DNA of 50,337 bases from the NCBI GenBank assembly GCA_038229175.1, contig JBBROR010000001.1:1-50337 (forward strand). Direction: 5' to 3'. Both the position numbers and the translations under genes were made by a program. Of this stretch, positions 1-6,990 are shown in pieces; position 1 is the stretch's first letter, and every line of letters begins with the position of its first letter. The notes below the pieces were generated by a model. It had not been told where the DNA came from and did not search any database. It saw only the letters and a list, made by a program, of their open reading frames with translations. The DNA is from Acetobacterales bacterium (GTDB lineage: Bacteria > Pseudomonadota > Alphaproteobacteria > Acetobacterales > Acetobacteraceae).

Positions 1-141
1 CGGTATTGAGCATGGATTCGGCCACCTGTTCGATGGTCATGGTCGGATCGCAGAAGAAGCTGACCAGGCCGCGCAAGGTCTTCGCGCCATCCCGGCCGGC
101 GTACAGGATATGCAGCAGCGCGGCCGACAGCAGTTCGTGGC
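1..141. repeat. Terminal overlap, copy 1: identical to 50197-50337, which shows a circular 50196-bp replicon
   Basis: Compared both window ends base by base: cggtattgagcatggattcggccacctgttcgatggtcat...cagcagttcgtggc is present at both ends. Confidence 0.95.
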
Positions 142-1027
142 CGGTCTTCGCCCAATGGTCCTCCATGCCCTTGCCGTCAGGGTCCACGATCATTTGCGCG
201 AGATTCTGCGCGTCCGCGACTTCCAGCATGGTCCCGATGCGAATCTCTTCCAGCGGGTTGAAGCGGACGGACGAGCCATCCATGGCCGAGGGCTGGAACT
301 TCAGCACCTTGTGGCCCTTGGCCTTGCGGAAGCCCGACGTGAGCGCCCAGGCTTCGCCCTTAATGTCGTGCACCAGGACCGAGGCCGGCCAGCTTAGGAG
401 CGTGGGCAAGACAAGCCCGACGCCCTTGCCGGACCTGGTAGGGGCGAACGCCAAAATATGCTCGGGGCCGTCGTGCGTGAGGTAGTGGTACTGCTTCGTG
501 TCGGGATCGACCCAGGCGCCAACGTAGCAGCCGGCCGCGCCTGGCGAGGACGGCTTGCCGCGAACCATGTTCCACAGCTTTTGCAGCAGCGACAGCGGCC
601 GGCGCAGCAGGGTCGCATTGAAAATGTCTTCCTTGTCCGCCCACCTGGCCGAGCCGTGCAGCGTGCTTTCCTTGCCGCTGAATTTCTTGGCGCGAGCGAC
701 GGCCATCCAGACGGCCGGCACAAACAGAAAGTGAAGACTGGCCAGTATCCACTCGCCACCCTTGAATGCGGCTTCCGTGCCTTCGACGTGCCCGAACTTC
801 AAAATCCAGATGAAGAAATCAAAGGGCATGTAGACCTTGACGCCATTGCCGAACGCATACAGCGGTTCGCCCAGGGACGGCTGAAAAGCAAGCTTCCAGC
901 CGGCGTATTGCGTCGCCGCCCAGCATGCCACGATGGTGATGCTGACCAGGACGAAAATGGTCTGCATCATCACCCCGGCGGCGCCAGGCTTTTTTTGGTC
1001 CTTGTACCCCAACTCATTAGCAGCCAT
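1..1027 (-). CDS. traG: Type IV coupling protein (TraG/VirD4 family), N-terminal part. It continues across the circular junction into 48764..50196, about 819 aa in total
   Basis: The minus-strand frame is open from ATG at 1027 to the window edge and is in frame with ORF 48764..50272 through the junction 50197=1. Translation starts MAANELGYKDQKKPGAAGVMMQTIFVLVSITIVACW, has N-terminal TM segments and a Walker A motif APTRSGKGVGLVLP. It is absent from the ORF track because it runs off the edge. Confidence 0.9.
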   Translation of the reverse strand, partial: MAANELGYKDQKKPGAAGVMMQTIFVLVSITIVACWAATQYAGWKLAFQPSLGEPLYAFGNGVKVYMPFDFFIWILKFGHVEGTEAAFKGGEWILASLHFLFVPAVWMAVARAKKFSGKESTLHGSARWADKEDIFNATLLRRPLSLLQKLWNMVRGKPSSPGAAGCYVGAWVDPDTKQYHYLTHDGPEHILAFAPTRSGKGVGLVLPTLLSWPASVLVHDIKGEAWALTSGFRKAKGHKVLKFQPSAMDGSSVRFNPLEEIRIGTMLEVADAQNLAQMIVDPDGKGMEDHWAKTGHELLSAALLHILYAGRDGAKTLRGLVSFFCDPTMTIEQVAESMLNT

Positions 1028-1062
1028 CAATACACCTCTTCCGATAAAAAAATGTGTTCACA

Positions 1063-1080
1063 GTATAGCACGAATTATAC
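1063..1080 (-). promoter_or_regulatory. Conserved 18-nt promoter/operator box, GTATAATTCGTGCTATAC in gene direction, upstream of traG
   Basis: Plus strand reads gtatagcacgaattatac. Its reverse complement is identical to the box at 34562-34579. It contains TATAAT and TATACT -10-like hexamers and GTATA/TATAC dyad ends, and lies 36 nt upstream of the traG ATG. Confidence 0.6.
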
Positions 1081-1095
1081 TTTTTACGGCTTGTT

Positions 1096-1114
1096 AAGGG
1101 GCTTCTAGCCCCTT
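1096..1114. terminator. GC stem-loop aaggggc-ttcta-gcccctt between the small-membrane-protein genes and the traG promoter box
   Basis: 7-bp perfect stem seen in the sequence. There is no clear U-tract in the minus direction, so terminator function is uncertain. Confidence 0.3.
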
Positions 1115-1152
1115 GATTTGATACGTTTTTACGCCAAAGAAGGGCGCCGAAT

Positions 1153-1170
1153 GTATAGCGCAAATCATAT
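1153..1170 (-). promoter_or_regulatory. Degenerate second copy of the 18-nt box (14/18 match)
   Basis: gtatagcgcaaatcatat compared with gtatagcacgaattatac. Confidence 0.3.
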
Positions 1171-1193
1171 CCACAGAATTGAAAAAACAACCA

Positions 1194-1469
1194 TCATTTC
1201 CGCTGCTCGAAATCGCACCCGATCCGCTTCAAACCACCGCGCACCAGGTCGCAGTAACTGTACGGCAGGCCTGGCCACATGCGGATCGCCAGGTAGAGCA
1301 GCCCGAACACCGCCGGCATGGTCAGATCGGCTTGCCACTTCTTGACGCCCAAGACCACCAGGATCGAGGGGAGCCAGTAGGTAGCCCACAACAGCCCCAG
1401 GAGCGTCAGGACGATCACCGCGAGCTGGAACGCTTTGTCACTCACCCGAATTCGCATTCGCGTCTCCAC
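1194..1469 (-). CDS. Small membrane protein, 91 aa, no family recognised
   Basis: ORF with two hydrophobic segments (LAVIVLTLLGLLWATYWLPSILVVLGV and MPAVFGLLYLAI), in an operon-like array. Confidence 0.5.
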   Translation of the reverse strand: METRMRIRVSDKAFQLAVIVLTLLGLLWATYWLPSILVVLGVKKWQADLTMPAVFGLLYLAIRMWPGLPYSYCDLVRGGLKRIGCDFEQRK

Positions 1470-1677
1470 GGCCTTCCAATGCCAAACGCTCGCTCTTCCG
1501 GCGCTTGAGCAGCCAGTAGATATTCGCGCCGGCGATCACCAGGCCGGCCAGCAGCAGGGCGAAGCCCTTCAGGGACGACGGGATGGCGATGATGATAATG
1601 ACGATGCCGGCGACCAGGCCCAGCACATTCAGCGCTTTCAACAGCAGTTCTTGCACGGTCGTTTTGTCTCGATTCAT
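1438..1677 (-). CDS. Small membrane protein, 79 aa
   Basis: Two TM segments (LGLVAGIVIIIIAIP and FALLLAGLVIAGANIYWLL) and a basic/acidic tail. Confidence 0.55.
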   Translation of the reverse strand: MNRDKTTVQELLLKALNVLGLVAGIVIIIIAIPSSLKGFALLLAGLVIAGANIYWLLKRRKSERLALEGRGDANANSGE

Positions 1678-1681
1678 GGAG

Positions 1682-2107
1682 TCAGTCTTTCGTAACTTTG
1701 TTATGGAAAAAGGCGTGGCGCGCCATCATGTCGCCGAACGCATTCACGGTGTCGGCCGCCCGCTGGCTCATGCCCAGCTCGGGAAGGCGCTTGCGCAGCT
1801 GGTACACAATGGCCTTCTGCATGCCAATGGCGATGCCGCTCAGGACGACGACGACGACGGGCGCCCAGCGCGTCACAAGGCCGGCGAACGTCTCGAAGGA
1901 CGACGGCGTTGTGGTGCCATCGTCCAGCAGGGACTTCGTGGCGAGGCTCGAAAGCAGCACCAGGAGCGCCCCCAGGATCGTATAGCGCTGATTGCGGGAG
2001 TGATGCACGCGCAAAGCGAAGTAGCGCTGTACCTGGTGCAGCTGCTGTTGTGTCAGGCCAAGGCCCTGCAGCGCTTCCGGCGCTTCATAGAATCTATTTT
2101 TTTTCAT
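1682..2107 (-). CDS. Membrane protein, 141 aa
   Basis: ORF with hydrophobic segments (ILGALLVLLSSLA and PVVVVVLSGIAIG), tightly packed with its neighbours. Confidence 0.55.
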   Translation of the reverse strand: MKKNRFYEAPEALQGLGLTQQQLHQVQRYFALRVHHSRNQRYTILGALLVLLSSLATKSLLDDGTTTPSSFETFAGLVTRWAPVVVVVLSGIAIGMQKAIVYQLRKRLPELGMSQRAADTVNAFGDMMARHAFFHNKVTKD

Positions 2108-2765
2108 CTTGCGCGCTCTCTAGTTTGTGTGCAGCCATTTCGGCCGTAACGTCACTCTCAAGTTTTTGCATGACCTTGACCAATTTTTCGCTGGTCCCTT
2201 CCTGGTATGCCGGCCAGGGAATGAATGGTTCGCCGAGTGGATTGCCAAACTGGTACGTGGTGGGGCAACGGTAATTGAAAGCCGCGCCTTCCTTTCTAAC
2301 GATGAGATACGAGGCCTTGCATTCGATACCGGCTTGTGTGGCCAACTCGGTCGCCATTATTCCGACCGATTCCTTGTCCCACCAAAAGGCGACGTGATTG
2401 GCGCCAGAATAAGCCAGATGCAAACCGGCTAATGCGCTCGCCACCCACGCGCCGCCGTAGGGCTTTTTGGCATTGCGAAAAAGCGCGTATACGCTGGCGA
2501 TGAAGATCACAACGCCGCCAATCAAGAACAGGATCGGTGAATAATTCTTGTCGTGCCCTGGGCGCCAGGATGCCGATGGCAAAACCCCTGTAAGGAAGCC
2601 CATGCAGACAAAGCCGCACCCGATGATGGCGAGCATAAGATACGGCGAAATGCCTGGTGTACTTTCCCCTCCCTGTTGGGTTGCATTCGCAATTTTCACA
2701 AACACCTTTACCGCGTAGTACGTTGGAATCATCGTCGCGAATATTACGGCGAGCATGAAGGTCAT
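2094..2765 (-). CDS. Polytopic membrane protein, 223 aa
   Basis: 4-5 predicted TM segments in the N-terminal two thirds and a soluble C-terminal tail. Start overlaps the upstream gene by 4 nt. Confidence 0.6.
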   Translation of the reverse strand: MTFMLAVIFATMIPTYYAVKVFVKIANATQQGGESTPGISPYLMLAIIGCGFVCMGFLTGVLPSASWRPGHDKNYSPILFLIGGVVIFIASVYALFRNAKKPYGGAWVASALAGLHLAYSGANHVAFWWDKESVGIMATELATQAGIECKASYLIVRKEGAAFNYRCPTTYQFGNPLGEPFIPWPAYQEGTSEKLVKVMQKLESDVTAEMAAHKLESAQDEKK

Positions 2766-3001
2766 GCCTTGCTCCTTTCTTTGCGTATCCGTTGAAGGGC
2801 TGTCTTGAAGCCCGTAAGCGACATGGTGAAGCCCTTTTCGTGCAGGGTGGCCAGCACCGCTTCGCGGCGCACGCCTTTTGCCAGCGTCGCCTCGACCTCA
2901 TCGAAAATGTCGCGCAAGCGCGCCGTTTCCGACCTGGCCGAGTCGTCCTTGGCCAGCGACCGCAGCGCCTCCCCTACGTCCTTCTCAGTAGCTTTACCCA
3001 T
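2762..3001 (-). CDS. Small DNA-binding protein, 79 aa from ATG 3001 (alternative TTG at 3046). Paralog of the N-terminal half of the StbA-like protein at 27205..27654
   Basis: AGGA sits 7 nt upstream of ATG 3001. The two proteins align almost without gaps: ...ALRSLA...RLRDIFDEVEATLAKGVRREAVLATLHEKGFTMSLTGFKTALQRIRKE against ...SLRALA...RIRELYPEIENAKKAGVSLEKILETLNEQGLDMKLASFKTMLHRVRKE. Confidence 0.6.
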   Translation of the reverse strand: MGKATEKDVGEALRSLAKDDSARSETARLRDIFDEVEATLAKGVRREAVLATLHEKGFTMSLTGFKTALQRIRKERSKA

Positions 3002-3049
3002 TGTCCAATCCTGTGAGTCGTCAAAAGACGCTATCTTAACAATCAATCA

Positions 3050-4036
3050 CTATTCCCCGGTAAAATCTGCTCCCCCCGCGCCGCTACACGGATCAGGCTG
3101 GCTATCGCCGGCCGAACCGCCTTGATTAGCCTCAATGAAGGTATTCGTTCCCAGGCTATCGTGCACCGGCTCGGCAGCACCGCAGGCGTGCGCAGCACCG
3201 AACAGCGACAGGACCAGCAGGGGATTGAACAAGTCGTCCGTGAGACTCGACGCCGGCGCCGGCACAGTCGCTTTGCTCGCGGTCGATGACGGGGCGGTTT
3301 CGACGGCCGGCGCCGGCGGCGCAAGCCGGCCAGACCGCGCCCCCACGGTCGCCAGCTGCTCGCCCACCGGCACCATGTCGGGAGGGCTGAAGTATGTCGC
3401 CCGAAACCGCAGCTCCTGGCAAATCTTCCCGTAAGCAGTATTTTGATCGCTGCTCATCGGCACGCCGCCGTGTACCTGGTCGAGCATCGGAATAAGCTTG
3501 TTGTTGATCGCCGCCAGGGACGATTGAATGTCCTGGGCGCGTTCAAACTCGCGTTTGGCGTCGCCGGTCAAACCATCGGCGCCCGCATCGACCACGGCAT
3601 TCCAATGCTGCAGCAGCTCATCGACCTGGCCGATGGTCGCCAACAACTTGCCCACGGCATCACGCACCTGATTGCTGCGCTCGGCCTTCTCCATGCGTGA
3701 CGCAATGGCGACGCCGACAACGGCCACGGCTACAACCACAGCGGCCGACACCATCCAATGCGCCGCGATCCAGCCGAAGACGCCCAGCTGGTGCAGGCCG
3801 TACAGCAAGCCGCCAACAATGGCGATTGCCGCGACCCCGCCCATTACAAGCACTTCGCTGCCTTCGCCGAAAGCCGTCCTGGCGCCGATGGCGAGGACCA
3901 GGACCATGAGCATGTACGGGGCGAAGCCCAGCACAGTATCGGCCAATGCTTCAATTTGCATCCCTGCCCCTGTCGCTGCCTGGGCAAAAGCGATTGAGGG
4001 CAGCAGCAGTGCCGCCAGCAATGAGAGCTTACGCAT
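3050..4036 (-). CDS. Signal-peptide-bearing polytopic membrane protein, 328 aa from MRKLSLLAALLLPSIAFAQA, translationally coupled to the PspA-like gene
   Basis: Signal peptide, then about four TM segments, a coiled/soluble middle and an Ala/Pro/Ser-rich tail. Start overlaps the upstream stop by 8 nt. Confidence 0.65.
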   Translation of the reverse strand: MRKLSLLAALLLPSIAFAQAATGAGMQIEALADTVLGFAPYMLMVLVLAIGARTAFGEGSEVLVMGGVAAIAIVGGLLYGLHQLGVFGWIAAHWMVSAAVVVAVAVVGVAIASRMEKAERSNQVRDAVGKLLATIGQVDELLQHWNAVVDAGADGLTGDAKREFERAQDIQSSLAAINNKLIPMLDQVHGGVPMSSDQNTAYGKICQELRFRATYFSPPDMVPVGEQLATVGARSGRLAPPAPAVETAPSSTASKATVPAPASSLTDDLFNPLLVLSLFGAAHACGAAEPVHDSLGTNTFIEANQGGSAGDSQPDPCSGAGGADFTGE

Positions 4037-4736
4037 GGTCGCCTCCCTGCGCGCAGATGGCGGCACCGCCCGCCGACACCAGGCCGAGGCCCTGCAGCTT
4101 CGCATTGACGGCATCGAGCCGCACGTAATCGCTCAGGCGCTTGTCCACATCGAGCGCGCTTTTGTCCTGGGCCATGTCGGCGAGCGAAGCGGCCTTGGCC
4201 TCTTTGCGGTCCACCTGTTCTTCCAGCTGATCGAAGTCGATACCAGGGCGATTGCCCACATTGCCGAGCGAGCGAGCGGCGCGTGTTTCGGCGTCCGCGA
4301 CCTTGCTACGGGCGCCGAGCAGGGCCGCCCTGTTCTCCTTGTCCTTCAAGTCCTTGCGCAGATCGGACAGGCGTATCTTGAGCTGGTCCAGCATCGGCGA
4401 CAGGCGGGCGATGTTGGCGCCGTAGCTGTGCGCCATTTCCTCGCTTCGCACCTGGTGGTGCACCGCCTCGACGGCCGCCGTCTTGTCGCCGGCAGCTGCT
4501 GCCTTTTCAGCCACGCGGCCCCACTTGTCCGCGTCCTCGGTGGCCTTGCTGCACTGGTGCTGCATCAAGCGCAGTTCGGCGGCCACGTCGGAGACGCTCT
4601 CTTCGGCCTGGCCGATCTGGCGCTGCAGCTCGCGCAGGCCATGGCGCGCCGAGCGGCCGGCGTCGCCGAACTTGTCGAGCAAGTCGTGCAGCGCACCGGA
4701 AATTTGAATCCAAGTCTTACGAAGCAAACTAAACAT
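4029..4736 (-). CDS. PspA/IM30 (phage shock protein A) family protein, 235 aa
   Basis: All-helical coiled-coil protein. It aligns by eye to E. coli PspA along its length: [22 protein letters not shown] against [36 protein letters not shown] against [40 protein letters not shown] against [40 protein letters not shown] against FESFERRIDQMEAEA. Confidence 0.7.
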   Translation of the reverse strand: [235 protein letters not shown]

Positions 4737-4790
4737 GGCGATTCTCCCAAAGGATTAAGTAGCGAAAGCGTGGCGCTGGTCTGCATCCAC

Positions 4791-4837
4791 AGTGAATCCA
4801 TTGTGAATCCAATGTGAATCCGCTGTCAAGCGGATTT
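4791..4837. promoter_or_regulatory. Three TGTGAATCC direct repeats at 11-bp spacing, followed by the inverted repeat GAATCCGC-tgtcaa-GCGGATTt, in the divergent pspA-like/resolvase promoter region
   Basis: agtgaatccat tgtgaatccaa tgtgaatccgc tgtcaagcgga tttcgc read directly from the sequence. Confidence 0.6.
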
Positions 4838-4872
4838 CGCAAAGAATCGGTATGTTTTGGGTATCCCCTTAT

Positions 4873-4930
4873 CAGACCTGTCCAATCTGGTACAGTATCG
4901 TTTCCATCGGGACTTAAAACAGACCGGTCC
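4873..4930. promoter_or_regulatory. Candidate res (multimer resolution) subsites upstream of the resolvase gene
   Basis: cagacctgtcc (4873-4883) and cagaccggtcc (4920-4930) are repeated, and ctgtccaatctggtacag is an imperfect dyad. Placement immediately 5' of a serine recombinase gene is typical for res. Confidence 0.3.
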
Positions 4931-4960
4931 CGCGAAACCATCCTAGTGAGACTTGACCAG

Positions 4961-5602
4961 ATGACGACCTTCATACGCGCCTACCTGCGCGCCTCGACCG
5001 ACGAGCAAGACGCGCAGCGCGCACGCGGACAGCTCGACACCTTCGCGGCCGAGCATGACGTGGTGATATGCACCTACTACGCCGAGAACGAGTCAGGCGC
5101 CCGCCTGGATCGGCCGGAGCTGTTCCGGCTCCTGGCGGACAGCCGGCCAGGCGACATACTGCTGGTCGAGGACGTGGACCGTCTCTCGCGCCTGAACAGC
5201 GAGGAATGGGACCGGCTCAAGCGCATGATCCGCGAGCGGGACGTGCGCGTGGTCGCCGTCAATGTGCCGACTACCTGGCAGCACCTGGCGCCGATCCGCA
5301 GCGACTTCGATGCGCGCATGTTCGGCGCCATCAATGACATGCTCATTGACATGCTGGCGGCGATTGCGCGGCGCGACTACGAGCAGCGGCGCGAACGTCA
5401 ATCGCAGGGGATCGCCAAGGCCAAGGCAACGGGCAAGTACAGCGGCCGCAGAAGCGACACGGCCCGCTACGACGCGATCAATCGACTACTCGCAAGCAAC
5501 AGCTCATGGAGCGAAGTGCAGCGGACCATCAGCTGCAGCCGCAGCACCATCAGCGCGGCGATTCGACACGCGAACAAGGCGAACCAGGTCACTCCAAAAT
5601 GA
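4961..5602 (+). CDS. Serine recombinase / resolvase, 213 aa from ATG 4961
   Basis: N-terminal catalytic motif MTTFIRAYLRASTDEQ (Ser in RAST), DRLSR motif and a C-terminal HTH (SWSEVQRTISCSRSTISAAI). Confidence 0.85.
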   Translation: MTTFIRAYLRASTDEQDAQRARGQLDTFAAEHDVVICTYYAENESGARLDRPELFRLLADSRPGDILLVEDVDRLSRLNSEEWDRLKRMIRERDVRVVAVNVPTTWQHLAPIRSDFDARMFGAINDMLIDMLAAIARRDYEQRRERQSQGIAKAKATGKYSGRRSDTARYDAINRLLASNSSWSEVQRTISCSRSTISAAIRHANKANQVTPK

Positions 5603-5640
5603 AGCCTTGAACACCAGACAGACCGTACCTATCAACTTTG

Positions 5641-5997
5641 CTAGGCATTGACCAGCTCGACATACCAGGACTGCGCCACCGACTTGCGCGTGAGCGCATC
5701 AGTTTCCAGGCCCGTCACCGTCATAGCGTCGCCACCGATCCACAGCACCACCGCATCGCGCAGCCGAGGCAGTACCTCGGCGCCGGTCGCCGGATCGCGC
5801 AGAAAGGCGCTGCGCACGCTCCTACGCAGTTCTCGATCATGTTCCTCCGATAGCGTGAAATCGCCGACGTGATCGGGCTGCAGCGTCACCGCACGATGAC
5901 GCGCCAACGGCCGACCGCCGCATTCGTAAAGCTGGGCCACCCTTGCCTTCATAGCTCGCCAATAGCTGTATAAAAACACAGTATATTCCATGTGCAT
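5641..5997 (-). CDS. Hypothetical protein, 118 aa
   Basis: ORF with codon third positions mostly G/C. No family recognised. Confidence 0.45.
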   Translation of the reverse strand: MHMEYTVFLYSYWRAMKARVAQLYECGGRPLARHRAVTLQPDHVGDFTLSEEHDRELRRSVRSAFLRDPATGAEVLPRLRDAVVLWIGGDAMTVTGLETDALTRKSVAQSWYVELVNA

Positions 5998-6100
5998 AAT
6001 TGTGATGACACAATCAACAAAAATAATTTAAATAAGTTGACGCAGTAAGCGATATTTAATGTAAAATGTCATTACTGAGTCGATTTCAAGGAGAGTGAAA

Positions 6101-6502
6101 ATGTTTAACGTTGTTCAAATGCCAGAAATTAACAGCCGCAAATTCCGCGTCATCAAGGGCCAGGTGTCCGCGTCCGGTCACACGGTCGGCGCCTTCGATC
6201 TGATCGCAAGCGACCTCGATATCGTGGAGGCCCGCAACATCAAGACCGAGCTGTGCCACGCCCACCACGCCGGCGCCGTGAGCCTGCAGGTACTGCCTTG
6301 CTTCGAGGACGAAGGCGAAATGATCCCCCAGCACTTCGGGCCGGACACGGACACCGAATTCTGGTGCGTGTACGAGTGCTACCAGGACGGCACCGTGAGC
6401 GTGGTTGACGACTTCGGCAGCGCAAGCGACGCCTACGACCGCGCCGAACTCCTGGCCAAGGGCCTGGGCATCGAGGTCGTTGCGGCCGAGTGGGTCGCCT
6501 AG
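6101..6502 (+). CDS. Hypothetical protein, 133 aa from ATG 6101; first gene of a 4-gene accessory operon
   Basis: AAGGAG 7 nt upstream of ATG and an AT-rich promoter-like region upstream. Its stop abuts the next start codon. Confidence 0.6.
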   Translation: MFNVVQMPEINSRKFRVIKGQVSASGHTVGAFDLIASDLDIVEARNIKTELCHAHHAGAVSLQVLPCFEDEGEMIPQHFGPDTDTEFWCVYECYQDGTVSVVDDFGSASDAYDRAELLAKGLGIEVVAAEWVA

Positions 6503-6943
6503 ATGAAAACCGCAGCGCCGAACCGGGTGTTTCTGGTGGCCTGCAGCGCCGGCAAGGTCGAGTCCGGGCCGGTGCCGGCCCGCGACTTGTATAACTCCCA
6601 GCTGTTCACCCTGGCGCGCAGGTACGCCGAGAAAAGCGGCGCTACCTGGTTCATCCTGTCGGCGAAATTCGGCCTACTCGATCCGGTGCAACTGGTGGCG
6701 CCATACGACGAAAGCCTGAACGCTAAGCGCGCCGTCGAGCGTGCGGCCTGGGGCCACCTGGTCGCTGCGCAGCTCAAGCAGCGGCAGCTGGGCAGCGCCG
6801 AGCTGGTCATCCTCGCCGGCCGCGCCTACCGCGATCCGCTGCAGCAGCTGCTGGAATCGCAAGGCCACATCATTACCGTGCCTATGAAGGGTATGGGCAT
6901 TGGCAAGCAGCTGCAATTTCTGTCTCGCGGCCTGGCCGCTTAA
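6503..6943 (+). CDS. Hypothetical protein, 146 aa. Resembles the DUF6884-type fold as I recall it (unverified)
   Basis: Motifs VFLVACSAGK, ARDLYNSQLF, WFILSAKFGLLDP...APYDESL, VILAGRAYR. Confidence 0.55.
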   Translation: MKTAAPNRVFLVACSAGKVESGPVPARDLYNSQLFTLARRYAEKSGATWFILSAKFGLLDPVQLVAPYDESLNAKRAVERAAWGHLVAAQLKQRQLGSAELVILAGRAYRDPLQQLLESQGHIITVPMKGMGIGKQLQFLSRGLAA

Positions 6944-6990
6944 ACGAAAATCATCAAAAACGCAGCACCCGACAACCAGGAGGGACCGCC

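Noticed and set aside
6-1108. Plus-strand track ORFs at the left edge (6..485, 110..397, 458..1108)
   Set aside because: They lie antisense to the N-terminal part of the TraG/VirD4 gene. That gene is continuous across the circular junction and has a clear Walker A motif.
1167-1175. DnaA-box-like ATATCCACA
   Set aside because: It is a single copy with one mismatch to TTATCCACA, lies far from the iteron origin and overlaps a degenerate copy of the 18-nt transfer box. It is probably coincidental.
3672-4817. 381-aa plus-strand ORF opposite the PspA-like and membrane-protein genes. Similar long shadow ORFs occur at 8028..9041(-), 9538..10446(-), 14674..15909(+), 16912..17910(+), 19126..20544(+), 37709..39097(-), 44489..45271(+), 46999..48126(+) and 48174..49166(+)
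   Set aside because: Their translations are Arg/Ala/Gly/Pro-rich low-complexity strings typical of antisense frames in GC-rich DNA. The opposite strand encodes recognisable proteins with proper SD sequences and G/C-rich third positions.
4961-5602. Serine recombinase as evidence for a Tn3-family transposon or integrative element
   Set aside because: There is no transposase, no integrase and no terminal inverted repeats nearby. A lone small resolvase next to dyad repeats on a circular plasmid is best explained as a multimer-resolution system.
6037-6067. Sigma70 promoter TTGACG ... TGTAAAAT upstream of the EAL operon
   Set aside because: The spacer is 19 nt by my count, which is longer than optimal. 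A promoter is plausible in this AT-rich region, but I cannot place the hexamers confidently.
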